DNA of 64,000 nucleotides from Octopus bimaculoides (lineage: Eukaryota), in assembly GCF_001194135.2 (NCBI RefSeq), contig NC_068986.1, positions 110,010,419 to 110,074,418 of the forward strand, written 5' to 3'. Each line of letters opens with the position of its first letter. Within the stretch, counting starts at the first letter, position 1. The notes beneath the pieces were generated by a model that saw only the letters and a program-made list of their open reading frames with translations, searched no databases and was not told the origin of the DNA. Both the position numbers and the translations under genes were made by a program. Positions 38,496-52,119 of the stretch are shown in pieces.

Positions 38496-41152
38496 CGTTT
38501 ATCTAAGTCGACTCTGATCGTCCTATTATATTACTCGCCAGTCACTACATTATTTGCTCTCATTTCATCACTATTGTGTTACCACTATACTGTTGTGCTG
38601 TACTCTATATTTCTGCAGTATTCTGTTTTACTGAGTTGTACTGTAGTATTTACTTTGTTATTTATATTTTTTATATTTTCTTGCTTGGATAACGTCACTA
38701 AATTGTTTTAGTATATCTTATAATTTTAGGCTATTCCTTTGTGACTGAATCTCGGGTTTGCTTGTCGCCGTAGTTAGCAAGTCCATTTAATATCAATATT
38801 TAACGGGCTTAGTGTGCAGCAAAAGAGCCTTTTATGAAGCTATTTATTAAATAGATAAAAAAAAAAAGTATCGGATAACGCTGTGGGGAGTGGAAAATCC
38901 AAAGTTTTGGACTGAAGAGCCCTCTTTGAGAGAAAGGTTGACAACAGAGAAATTAAGGAGAGGCATCAGAGTTTGACGTTCTAAGTTTAAAAAAAAAAGG
39001 CCTGGGTTCGTTCGTCTATAACTCGTTTGTTTGTGTTGTTTGACTTCGATGTTTATGGCCAGATTTTGCTTCGTTCTGTAGTTTCGATGTGTTAAATAGC
39101 GCTGCTGAATTTGTTCTGCATTTATTTCTCGATTTCAAGTGTTTTGGGAAACTTGCTCTGTTTATCATACTTAAATTAAACTACATAGTATATTGGACAT
39201 TGCAAATATTTTCAAATTCATGTTCGTTTTTATTTTCTTGAGAGGTGACGGAGACAGAGTGATTGTCGGGAGCGAATATCGAGTAAAAAGCATGTGATAA
39301 AATATTATAGGTAAAACCAACATAGGCGCAGGCATTGTTGTTTGGTCGAGTATTTTTATATGCAACCAGGTAGCTTCGAGTTCGTCCCGAAAGTGCAACA
39401 TTTGGAAATCAGCAGGACGACTGTCCCAGAATCGCTGCACTACTGAATCGAGTGTGTTATGGTCACATTCGTTGCAATGGAGCTGTTATTCTGAGACGAA
39501 GCACAACAGCGATTAGCCTATTCACGTTCAAATTTTCCGAAACGTATGAAGAATAGATATGCAAGCCATCGTTTTAGTCACGCGGTTCACCGTGCCTTTG
39601 ACGGTTTATTACGTGTACACACACACATATGCATACACACATACACTCGCACAAATACTTGCATTCACTGAAATTCATCAGCACAATCATCAGAACAGTA
39701 TTTTTTGGAAACCAATAAGCAGATAAATGTATTCGGGCGAAAGTGTGTGTGTGTAGACATCTACGCGCACAAACACTTGCGTGCGCACGCATTTTTCTGT
39801 TTACTGGTTTCCAGCAGATATTGTCCTCATGATTGTGGCGATGAATTTCAATGAATGCAAGTATCCGTATGGATATGTGGTGCTTTAACGTGTATGCGTG
39901 TATGTGTTACATATGTGTATTTATCTTTGTGCACGTAGTTGTATGCAGAGCTAATCCGTATGCATGTTTGCTTCTATTACCAATATCTTTCTCTTCATAT
40001 ATCTGAGCCCGTGTGCGCGCTTGTGTGTTATTTGTGTACTAACTATTACACACATACACGTATGTTTGTATNNNNNNNNNNNNNNNNNNNNNNNNNNNNN
40101 NNNNNNNNNNNNNNNNNNNNNNNNNNNNNNNNNNNNNNNNNNNNNNNNNNNNNNNNNNNNNNNNNNNNNNNNNNNNNNNNNNNNNNNNNNNNNNNNNNNN
40201 NNNNNNNNNNNNNNNNNNNNNNNNNNNNNNNNNNNNNNNNNNNNNNNNNNNNNNNNNNNNNNNNNNNNNNNNNNNNNNNNNNNNNNNNNNNNNNNNNNNN
40301 NNNNNNNNNNNNNNNNNNNNNNNNNNNNNNNNNNNNNNNNNNNNNNNNNNNNNNNNNNNNNNNNNNNNNNNNNNNNNNNNNNNNNNNNNNNNNNNNNNNN
40401 NNNNNNNNNNNNNNNNNNNNNNNNNNNNNNNNNNNNNNNNNNNNNNNNNNNNNNNNNNNNNNNNNNNNNNNNNNNNNNNNNNNNNNNNNNNNNNNNNNNN
40501 NNNNNNNNNNNNNNNNNNNNNNNNNNNNNNNNNNNNNNNNNNNNNNNNNNNNNNNNNNNNNNNNNNNNNNNNNNNNNNNNNNNNNNNNNNNNNNNNNNNN
40601 NNATATATGTATATATATACACACATAGACACACGTGCGCGTGTCTATCTGCTTAACCAATCAATGGTCTTTTGTGCGTAGATGTTAGAAATAAAGTTAC
40701 AGTGATATTTTGCAAAGCTAAGGTTTTTGCCTTAAAAAGCAAACGCTCTGTGTTTGAATCTTGCATCGTCGTTATTGACAATTACTATTTCTGTTGAGCG
40801 AAGTTGCTTAGCAAAGTGGAATAATATAATTACTGCCATGTCTCGATAGTTACAGATGGGGTTCGTGCTAGTGATTGTGATGGCGGTGGTGGCAGCAGTG
40901 GTTGAGGTGGCGATGTCTCTGGTGGTGATGTTGGTGGCGGTGGTAAGAGGGGTTGTGTCGTTGACTGTGCTGGCAATGTGATGGTGGTCGGGTAGAAGCA
41001 AGGAAGAGGCTTTGAGACTGCAGATAATAAAGGATAAATAGTTGTATATCAAAATGCGTATATATAAACGTACATATGTAAGTAACTGTGTATATATGTA
41101 TGCACGCATGTACATTTCTATGTATTCGTGAATTCGTATACATATGCATATG

Positions 41153-41183
<31 letters not shown>

Positions 41184-41205
41184 ACATATGTATGCATATT
41201 TATAA

Positions 41206-41251
<46 letters not shown>

Positions 41252-43229
41252 AAAACTATGTGCATGTATGTGTAAATATATACACAAATAATATATATAC
41301 ATATATATATATTTGTAGATGAATACAAACACAAACACATACACAAACTTTGACGGTCTTATATACACACATATATATTTATGCGTGTATTTTGATGATA
41401 TTGTGCTATGTCAAAATAAAAGAAATAAATAGAGCGAGAAATTAGAGAGAAAGAGAAAAAGGGAGAGAGAGGTATGTCTAAACCGAGAAAGAGAATACTT
41501 TTATGGAAAATGGCGATGGGTAAAGGAAGGTGAATAATAGCAGCCAGAAGATTGTTGAAAACGAAAGTGAAAGTAAATGATGAGATAAGATTGTACAAAA
41601 ACTAGATTGAGAGTGTCTGGAGAGAATAAAGAGCGATGGGTTACCTAAAGGGAAATATGCTAAGACGAATCTGTATATGATGTCGCTCGATATAGTTTCA
41701 GATGGCTAAATTATAGAGTGAATATAGAAGATTTATTAGTTATAATTATAGAATATCGCCAAATATGGGTTACTATTCAAATATGGGATGAATCAACCAC
41801 GAGAAAACTAATCTAGTTAGGAGAGAGCAGACTTGTTCCTTACAAAGTAGAATATTTCTTTATATATTACAATCGAGAGAGAAAGAAAAGTATGAACAAA
41901 ACGTTTGATATTTGTCGTTTTTTATTTTTAAGCTGTTATCATGCTTTTTTTTTAGGAGAAAATAAAATTAGGAATATATCATATTTCTATATTTCTATAT
42001 GTATTACGAGTACAACAATGCATGTTTGCCATTTACACACGCACATAATTCATACACACACACACACATACATACATTCTTAAGAGAAGTCGACTTTCAT
42101 ATATTTGCCGGCTCTTTTCAATGACAATAAACGAAAATAAGTTTTAGAGCATCTTTGTATTAATCAGTAGGTTAGGATTTTAAGCAACGTTTTCTAAAAC
42201 GAAGCAGATTATGTGTCGTTTTTCCTGAGGTCGTCTTATCACAAAGATCGTTACGGCTGCTACAATTCTGAGCAAGAAGAAAACAGGGAAGTCTTGTCAA
42301 TAATAGAAACGAAATAAGTTTTGAAACCACATTGCTTAAATGAATAGGCATGTGTGTGTGTGTGCGTGTGTGTATGCGTGCACGCACGGTAGTGTGTGTA
42401 TGAATGAGAGAGAGAGATAGGATCCTTGAAGGTATAATAGTGTCTACATTAGGAGCAACTATCACAACCTAGAGATTTAAACAACCTCTTTTAGATTAAG
42501 CAGATTTTATGCAGTTGTCCGGAGGTCTTGTCACCAATAAGATTAACAGCCAATTCTAGAGCAATTCTGTAAAGAAACTTAAATGCAAAAGTAATTCTTG
42601 CCTCTGTACATGTTCAAGATAAAATACATTTGAGATAACATATCACACAATATTTCTTATCTTCAAACTTAAAGGTCTTGAAAATTGTCACTGTATTGTC
42701 GTAAAGAGTGAGAAACATGGAAGGACGAGTGTACGGGGTATCAGAAAACCAGACTATGTCTCAGTCGTCTGTATCTAGAGTTTTGTAAATCTACAACCAA
42801 GACACATAATTCTTAACGGTTTACAAAAAATATATTACAAGAATATAAGGATCCTTATTGCAAAGAAAGTTACAACATTGTAAGAGACGAAAAGTTGTTC
42901 ACAAGGAACGATAACATTAACATATCCTGTTGGTTTGCGCCGGGTTACAAGGAGACTAAGATCCATACTTACGATTGTATGACTATGACGCTAGCTTGAA
43001 CAGCACAAGCGAAAACCACGACAGTAGATGGCGCTTCAATAAAGTTGCATAGGCTACTAAACAGAATACAGTACCTGGATGCAGATGTAGTTACAAGTTG
43101 TTTATGCAGCAGAAACGTGCGTTGGATACATTTAAATCAAATATTGTGTATGATTGAATGTAGAAATAGAAAAAAAAAACGCAGATGTATTCATCTCGAT
43201 ATTCATTGTAATTGTCTTATCTATCTTTC

Positions 43230-43520
<291 letters not shown>

Positions 43521-44521
43521 TTAGGGAAAAGAACCAAAGTTCATGAACTCATCGATGAAAATCCACTGTCACATATAGAAAAATTAATATGTAAAAGCAC
43601 AATAAATAAGTATAATATAATACAAAGTAAATATAAGATAATGATAATACAACGACTACACGTGTTTCATAACCGAAGTTTCAAATAGAAAAAAATATTT
43701 AAATCGATTAATACTATTGAAAATCAATTCTATTCAAAAATATAGCTAATCTTCAGGTCAAAATACAACAACAATAATAATAATAATAATAATAAAAGAA
43801 TGTATATATCAACCAACAATAAATAACAAATGAATGTATATAAAATACTTATTATATTAAGATAGAAAAATATTATTAAAAATACCAAACTTATAAACGT
43901 TCCATAATTAACTTTACTTTTATTATAATATAATCTAACAGGAATATTATATGCAAAAAACTAATTTTGAAATTTTTATAATTTTGATAATTTTGCAACT
44001 GGGGGACTTCATAGAAAGTTAAAGAAAGGCATAATATATCCTACCCATAAAGGGGTTGGCAGAGCGGATCCTAAAAAATGTAGATCTGTCTCTCTCTCAA
44101 CTCCGATGTCAGCAAAGTCATGGAATGCAGTGGCAAGAGGAGACTGATCGCGTTCCTCGAAGATAATGGCTTAATCCCTGACACCCAACATGGTTTACAC
44201 TCCGGAAGAAACTGCCTTACACAGCTTTTGCAGCCTTATATCTGGGTATTGAAACAACTAATGAATCGCTCAAACGAGGATAAGATATATCTTGACTCAG
44301 TAAATGTCTTTGAGAAGGGCGATTAGGGGATTAAATGTCACAAGCAACGAAAACTCGATATAGCAGGAACACTGGAAGAGCGGGTACATGCCTTCTTAAA
44401 ATACAGAAGCCAGGCAGTGGCAGCAATGGGTCCCTCTCCAAGGAGACCATAACAGAAAGTGGAGTACATTATTTACATTATTTACATTTGACGGATATTT
44501 TTCCTCATCTTGTTTGTTGTT

Positions 44522-44567
44522 AACACAACGTTTCGGCTGATATGCCCTCCAGCCTTCATCAAGATTC
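44522..44567 (-). ncRNA. Minimal type I hammerhead-like motif
   Basis: UUGAUGAA-GGCUG-gagggcauau-CAGCC-GAAA-CGUU-GUGUU: perfect 5-bp stem II and ACGU palindrome. The 5' strand of stem I is degenerate. Confidence 0.6.
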
Positions 44568-44589
44568 TGAGTTCGAGTCCAAGCAATGA

Positions 44590-44646
<57 letters not shown>

Positions 44647-44698
44647 CAACATCGAAAAATACCGTAAGAATGAGAACCCAGGCTGGAAATTTTCCCAA

Positions 44699-44744
44699 GA
44701 CACCTGCTGAAAGCTAGAGGGTATATCAGCTGAAACGTTGTGGT
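44699..44744 (+). ncRNA. Minimal type I hammerhead-like motif
   Basis: GACAC-CUGCUGAA-AGCUA-gaggguauau-CAGCU-GAAA-CGUU-GUGG: stem I CAC/GUG, stem II AGCU/AGCU. Confidence 0.6.
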
Positions 44745-46977
44745 AACAAGAAACAAGAAGAGGACAAATATCCGTCAAATGTAAATAATGTACATAATTT
44801 CCCATCTTTAAATATAGAACTGTAGGGAGTGGAGTGCCTCAAAGAAATGTATTGGTGCCGCAACTGTTCATGGTGGATCTCTCGGCCATGCCATCAGTTG
44901 TGCAGCGAGCCAAACTTACTAGCTATGCCGACGACACAAAATGTAATACAAGCAGCCCAGAAACCTTCCGATCTTAATCTACAGGAAGACCTAAATGCCA
45001 TACGTAAATGTGCTGGAGAAAATAAGATGCAATCTAATGCGAGTAAATTCCAAGCCTCCCGCTATCAGTTAGCCACTGCTCACATGCCACAACACTTTGG
45101 ACAAAAACGATAGGCATAGTGAAGTACAGCGTGTAATCTGGTGATTGATATGAATAACAAAGCTTTGTTTCACGCACACATCACCAAGATGGTGCCAAAG
45201 TGCAAACGAATGGCCGGCTCGATTCTGAGAACTTTTCGAACAAGTGACCAGGAAACTATACTGGTTCTACGAAGGACATTTGTATTCAACTGTCTGGACT
45301 ACTGTTCTCAAATGTGGCCACCCCACAGTGTCAAATTGATAGCTGAACTTGAAGCCAGGAAAATAGCATCAATAGAACTGCTGAGTTACAGGGAAAGATT
45401 GAAAGAGCAACGACTGAACTCCCTGGAGAGAAGACAGGAGAAGTATGCAGTTATATACGTTTGGAATACACGCAATGGTATACGGCTGGAGAGGTTGGCA
45501 CCAAACATTGGCATTAAGAGCTATATTGACCCCCGAACTGGACTTCACTGCTCTCTTCCAAAGGTCCTATGTATCCCGTATGGAATAAGGACCACGTAGT
45601 GCAGTATCTTGAGATTCAAGGGCCCACAGCTTTTTAATGTCTTGCCAAAATAACTCAGGGATCCTCATGGAGGATGGGATAGACGCTTTCAAGAAATAAC
45701 TTCATCTGCTGACCAAGGTCCCAGATAAACCTACATTACAGCATGAAACTCAAAAAAAGGACATCTCTGAAGAACTTCCTCCTTCACCAATCGCATATAA
45801 ATGGCCACTGAAAAGGTGATCGCACTGGCGGTGCTCCAGTATCGCCACAGCTATTTGACTGAAGCATATAGGAGAATATATNNNNNNNNNNNNNNNNNNN
45901 NNNNNNNNNNNNNNNNNNNNNNNNNNNNNNNNNNNNNNNNNNNNNNNNNNNNNNNNNNNNNNNNNNNNNNNNNNNNNNNNNNNNNNNNNNNNNNNNNNNN
46001 NNNNNNNNNNNNNNNNNNNNNNNNNNNNNNNNNNNNNNNNNNNNNNNNNNNNNNNNNNNNNNNNNNNNNNNNNNNNNNNNNNNNNNNNNNNNNNNNNNNN
46101 NNNNNNNNNNNNNNNNNNNNNNNNNNNNNNNNNNNNNNNNNNNNNNNNNNNNNNNNNNNNNNNNNNNNNNNNNNNNNNNNNNNNNNNNNNNNNNNNNNNN
46201 NNNNNNNNNNNNNNNNNNNNNNNNNNNNNNNNNNNNNNNNNNNNNNNNNNNNNNNNNNNNNNNNNNNNNNNNNNNNNNNNNNNNNNNNNNNNNNNNNNNN
46301 NNNNNNNNNNNNNNNNNNNNNNNNNNNNNNNNNNNNNNNNNNNNNNNNNNNNNNNNNNNNNNNNNNNNNNNNNNNNNNNNNNNNNNNNNNNNNNNNNNNN
46401 NNNNNGCCATCTTGGTCACCACCACCGACAACAGCGACATAAATAAGAAATACCAATAATATCGCTATTGTATATATAAGAACAATAACAGTAATAGCAA
46501 CAACATCAACAATGATAGCATTAGCGACAATATCTACAATTCTTTGCATAATTGAGCAATTCTTTTTAATAATGGATTCCATCTTCGATAGCAACGTCAG
46601 CAGCACCATAACTGCCACCACTACCCCCCNNNNNNNNNNACCAGTGTCATGATCATCATCAACGTTATGAATAACAGTACTATGAAGAATTAGAAAACCA
46701 AAAGAGAGAAAAAAAAAATCACACAAGAGAAACGACTTTCAAAATCCGAATATTTTTTTTTTGTTAAAAACTGTAAAACGGAAACAGAGAGGAGAAGGAA
46801 GCAGAGGACTCATGCACTAACGCATGCGTACAATTTATATGCACACATGTCTCAACACCATACATACACTCACATCAATACTCATATGTGCACATACACA
46901 CATGTAACAACACGCATGCGCACATGTATATGGCCCTTCAAACGTTACATATATAGAAATACACGTATATAATGTTC

Positions 46978-47225
46978 ACTCCGTCGGTTACGACGACGAA
47001 TTTAGTTCATGCAATCAACTGGGCAGTCGACTCCTGAAAGTAACGTGTGGGTGGTTGAGAACTCCACAGACATGCGTACCCTTAACGTAATTCCCAAGGA
47101 AATTCAGCGTAACACACAATGTGACAAGGCTTGGTTCCTTTGAATTACAGGTATTATTCATCTTTTCCTCCTGAGTAGACTGGAATTTATGAAATGGAGT
47201 ATGCTACCCAAGACACAACGCGCTT
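46978..47225 (-). mobile_element. SINE family B body and 3' end
   Basis: Reverse complement homologous to 20585-20765, and continues into CGCGTTGTGTCTTGGGTAGCATACT. Confidence 0.75.
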
Positions 47226-47720
47226 TTCAGGGTCGATAAATAAAGTACCTGTCAATAACAATGCATTGGTGTATTTACTAGGGCGTCTGATTGGATTCTT
47301 GCCGGAGTTGCTTCGGACACTTGCATTTGGGCTCAAATTCTATCTAAGAATTTGGACCCCACCGATATCAACGGCCCTCATGCAAAGAGGAAAGGTATCA
47401 ACACAGACAAGATTATAAATGATATAGCCGGCACCTATGTCTCTCTACTCGGGCAGTTCTACGGTGATCTCAACCCAGCTTTGCTATGAATACCGAAATA
47501 CTGGAGACAACAGGTAACCACTGACCATACAACCGATACCGGCGCCGATGACAATCACGTATTCTCTGTCATATAATATGGTAAAGTTAACCGTACCCTT
47601 GTACGACGTCTTGTTAAACACCGATCTTTTTCTTAAGGAGTAGCTGCTGTGTGACCCAGCAGCAGCAACTGAGGGTACAGCAGCAACAACAGAGTACTCA
47701 GCAGTAATGGAGAATAGAGC

Positions 47721-47812
47721 AGCAGCAACGGAGGTACAACTGCAGCAACGGAGGTACAACTGCAGTAACGGAGGTACAACAGCAGCAACGGAGGTACAAC
47801 TGCAGCAATGGA
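47721..47812 (+). repeat. 20-bp minisatellite in a CAG-rich tract
   Basis: Unit (A/T)GCAG(C/T)AACGGAGGTACAAC, four full copies at 47721-47800 plus a partial copy. Confidence 0.9.
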
Positions 47813-49014
47813 GTACGCAGCAGCAGAAATGAAGGACTTAACAGCAGCTATGGAGTACAAAGTAACAGGAATGAGATACACAGCAGCAGCAACGGAGGAC
47901 ACACTGCAGCACGTCTTCTTCTCCTGTTATTCACATAGACGACACATGAATCTTTTAATAGCATTAACACATTTCAATGTTGTAGCAATTTCTTTTTCAT
48001 TCATTTACTACGCGTTTGTCCTATGTTCTAAGCAATGGTCTATCTCGAATATTACACTCTCTTATTTTTGATAAATAAGTGTTTGCTTCCCTTCTCCATT
48101 TTACGAAACATTTTTCTACAGTCACCTAATACGTTCTGGTGGGGTCAGTTATCATAAGGAGATTAACCATTTACAGAAGAATCTTGTCGGGATTAGCAAT
48201 TGGAATTTTAAATCACAGAACGAAGAAGATGCTCAGAATATACACATTTCATTTTATTTTCATTTGTTTTACTCATTATAAATGTCTTAAAATTTCTAGT
48301 CATAGGTAAACACGTATAGCACCATTTCATTCTTTCTTGAAATCGCCAGCATGGCATAAAGCAAAAACACATTAAACTAAATTAAACATTTATTGAAGGA
48401 AGTCATTTCTTACAGATGGAAACTATTTACAGTTTAGGAAATACCTGTAGAGTGATTTTCTTATATTTTTCCACCTTTGTCTTCATAGATTGTCAATATT
48501 TGATACTTAATAGTTCTCTACTGTTTTTGCCAGGTATAAAGTCAGTTATTCACGATATGGTGAATCTAACAACAAACCAATAATACCCAGCTTTTTCTTG
48601 AGGCGCCGAGCGTGGCCACTATTGTGCCTCACATGACTCACTGAGACCGTCCTATTTTAGGCCTACTTTTTAAATATGTCTCTCTCAAGACACCATTAAT
48701 TAAAAAAAGAAAGAAATGGATCGATGCTGTCAACTTAGAACGGGGAATAAACTCAGATTTAAGCATTTGGCACAGCTGAGTGCACATTCAGCCTGTTTTG
48801 GCGATAGAATCAAGTAGAAGGTTCGCCGTCGTAAATGACGGAGTACACGTTAGATACAGCACATACACATCTATATTAAATATTTATATTAACAAGGCAG
48901 ATATATCTTTTATCTTTTACTCTTTTTTCAGTCGTTACATTGCAGCCATGCTGCGACAACATCTTGAAGGAATTTTGTAGAATAAATCCACTCTACTAGC
49001 TATTCTTTCACTAA

Positions 49015-49225
49015 AACTGGTACTTATTCTATCGGTGCATTTGAAGAACCGCTAAGATACGAGGACATAAATAGGCCAACACCGGTTGTTAAGTTGTGGC
49101 GGAGGACAAACACAGTCTTTCTTTCACAAGGCTTTGGCCAACCCGAGGCTATAGTAAAATAAACTTGCCCATCACGTCACCCGAAACCATGTAGTGGGAA
49201 GGAAGCTTCTTAGTACACATATGGA
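49015..49225 (-). mobile_element. SINE family A, internally shortened
   Basis: TACTTATTCTATCGG...GAACCGCTAAG...CACCGGTTGTTAAG...CAAGGCTTTGGCCAACCCGAGGCTATAGTA...GAAACCATGT. Confidence 0.8.
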
Positions 49226-49404
49226 AAAAAAGTTTCAGTCATTGAGACTTTTTCAACTGTAAGTGTGGAAAACAATTAAATTTTGTAAAAATTAAATGAA
49301 AAGTTTTTTTAAAGAATATTTGCATTGTATTCAAATACAAGGGGCATTTAGTTTCTGCTTGTCTCTGTCTCTCTTGTTTACTCTTGTGGGTTCGAGGTCG
49401 TTGT

Positions 49405-49473
<69 letters not shown>

Positions 49474-49659
49474 AATGCATATAAAACCTATATAATTGCA
49501 TATAGAAATGAACATAATAAATACATAATAAACAAGCTACGTGCGTGATGTTTGAACTTTATATATTTATGCATTCGCACTCATACTATGCTTATGGCAG
49601 ACACACATACACCTACATAAACACACATTACTAAAAATACAACCATCATTACATATGAA

Positions 49660-49711
<52 letters not shown>

Positions 49712-49879
49712 TCCACTAATTTTTCCTTCACATCCTCTCATTCTTTGTCTTTCTCGTTTTTCATGTCTCTCTTTGTTCCTTCCTTCCTTCCTTCCTTCCT
49801 TCCTTCCTTCCTTCCTTCCTTCCTTCCTTCCTTTCCTTCCTTGCTTCCTTCCTTCCTTCTTACATTTTTAAAGATATCT

Positions 49880-49922
<43 letters not shown>

Positions 49923-49980
49923 GTCTATCTATATCTGTCTGACTGTCTGTCTGTCTGTCTCCCCCTCTCTCTATATATTC

Positions 49981-50011
<31 letters not shown>

Positions 50012-50045
50012 TACACACGCATATATATATATATATATATGTATA

Positions 50046-50085
<40 letters not shown>

Positions 50086-50445
50086 CTAACATTGGTGTGT
50101 CTATACAAATTAACACATAACATATAAACCCATAATGCACATACAACCTCCCTCACACACACACGCACACGCACAGACACACACACACATACATTCACAC
50201 TCACGTACACACACATATACACTTACACAGTCAGACCCATACGCAGAGAGATACACAGAAACGAGCTAATAACCTGCAAGTGAGGATTGTTATATTTTTT
50301 TGCTTCTCTTTATTTCAAATCAAATTGTCCACTTGAACAAGTTGGAAGTTTTATAATTAGAGTCAGTAAATTGGAAAATATACAAGAGAATTGAGTACCC
50401 ATAAATGTACATATATGTATACTGTCAACACACACAGTGGATGCA

Positions 50446-50519
<74 letters not shown>

Positions 50520-51294
50520 GGTGTATGTATGTATGTATGTATGTATGTATGTATGTATGTATCTCTCCCTTTCTTTGTCTCTCTTTCTCTCACTCACTCG
50601 CTCTCTTTCTGTGTGTATATATATATATNNNNNNNNNNNNNNNNNNNNNNNNNNNNNNNNNNNNNNNNNNNNNNNNNNNNNNNNNNNNNNNNNNNNNNNN
50701 NNNNNNNNNNNNNNNNNNNNNNNNNNNNNNNNNNNNNNNNNNNNNNNNNNNNNNNNNNNNNNNNNNNNNNNNNNNNNNNNNNNNNNNNNNNNNNNNNNNN
50801 NNNNNNNNNNNNNNNNNNNNNNNNNNNNNNNNNNNNNNNNNNNNNNNNNNNNNNNNNNNNNNNNNNNNNNNNNNNNNNNNNNNNNNNNNNNNNNNNNNNN
50901 NNNNNNNNNNNNNNNNNNNNNNNNNNNNNNNNNNNNNNNNNNNNNNNNNNNNNNNNNNNNNNNNNNNNNNNNNNNNNNNNNNNNNNNNNNNNNNNNNNNN
51001 NNNNNNNNNNNNNNNNNNNNNNNNNNNNNTATATATATAAAAGATCTGTTGTTATTTAGAGTTATAATAAAGTAAAAACTTAACGTTGAGCACAATTACT
51101 CAATATTTCTTTTTTTTTATAGAGTACATTATATATTGATCATACTTTCACAAGAACAGTGGAGACTCTGACTTCGGATTTTCAGTTTACAAACTTTCGC
51201 TTGACAGTCTGGTAAAATCTGAAATTAGTAACCGAAATCTCGAAAAAATTGTGAACTGTGTATATATATATATTGTGAACCATATATATATGTA

Positions 51295-52010
51295 CAGGGG
51301 TTGGACAAATTAATGGAAACACCTTAAAATTTCAAACAAATTTATTCTAATATGGGGCAGATTCGCCTTTGGCAGTAATTACAGCTTGAAGTCTACGAGG
51401 TATGGACTCGTACAAAGTCTGAATTGTTTCCAAGGGAATTTTTTTCCGTTCTTCAGTTAAAACAGTCTCCAGTTCTTGTAGTAATGACGATGGAGGATAT
51501 CGATTCCTTACTTGTTTTTCTAAAATGCACCATAAAGGTTCAATAATATTGAGATCTGGGGATTGTCGTGGCCAGGTAATATGTTCAACTTTACTACAAT
51601 GTTCCTCGTGCCATTCAGTAACAACTTTAGCTGTGTGTATTGTTGCATTATCATCCTGAAAGATTGCGTTTCCCCCCGGAAACAGTTCCACAACCATAGG
51701 ATGAATTTGATAAGATAAAATGCTTAAATAGTCTTGACTATTAATTTTGCTATGAAGGGAAATTATTGGGCCAGCAGATTTCCAAGATATATCCTTCCTG
51801 ATCATCATAGATCCCCCTCAAGTTTAACAGTTGGATGAAGGCAGTCTGGGTCAAATGCTTCTTTTGACTGTCTCCACAGGTATACTCGGCCAGTGGTCGG
51901 AAATAAGATAAAGGATGACTTGTTCGAGAAAATAGCATTCTTCCAGTGATCTGTAGGTACAAAAAACTATCAGCTGGATGATGGAGAGGTTTTCGGAGGA
52001 TGGCGAGAAA
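51295..52010 (-). mobile_element. Tc1-like transposon relic with 36-residue D-E spacing
   Basis: ORF 51347-51808: IFQDDNATIHTAKVV...WPRQSPDLNIIEPLW. Upstream decayed FSNKSSF (FSDES equivalent). Terminus TA|CAGGGGTTGGACAAA at 51293. The 5' part is lost at the (TACA)n block. Confidence 0.9.
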
Positions 52011-52119
52011 GATTGTCGGAGGTTGGTACGTACGTATGTATGTATGCATGTATGTATGTATGTATGCATGTATGCATGTATGCATGTATGTATGTATGTA
52101 TGTATGTATGTATGTATAT

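Larger units (their letters stand above)
44466..44827. mobile_element. Inverted-repeat cassette with two minimal hammerhead-ribozyme motifs (Penelope pseudo-LTR-like), inserted in the LINE
   Basis: Arms 44474-44562 and 44704-44792 (10 mismatches in 89 bp by manual alignment); central (AAT)n; AGTGGAGT duplicated at 44458-44465 and 44828-44835. Confidence 0.8.
43995..45830 (+). mobile_element. CR1/L2-like LINE RT fragment and 3' region, interrupted at the SGVPQ motif
   Basis: IIYPTHKG, FLEDNGLIPDTQHG..SGRNCLTQLL, IYLDSVNVFEKGD (decayed D..KAFD), SGVPQ, YADDTK, ILRTFRT...LDYCSQMW, LSYRERLK..RLNSLERR. Confidence 0.88.

Noticed and set aside
42170-42580. Weak local duplication (GATTTAA...AAGCAGATT...GAGGTC) at about 42175 and 42470
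   Set aside because: Low identity and no assignable family or structure.
47484-47570. VIVIGAGIGCMVSGYLL, a GxGxxG-like FAD-binding motif on the minus strand
   Set aside because: The sixth position is not G, a stop follows within a few codons, the downstream motif is absent, and the region sits among repeats. Probably chance; BLASTx would settle it.
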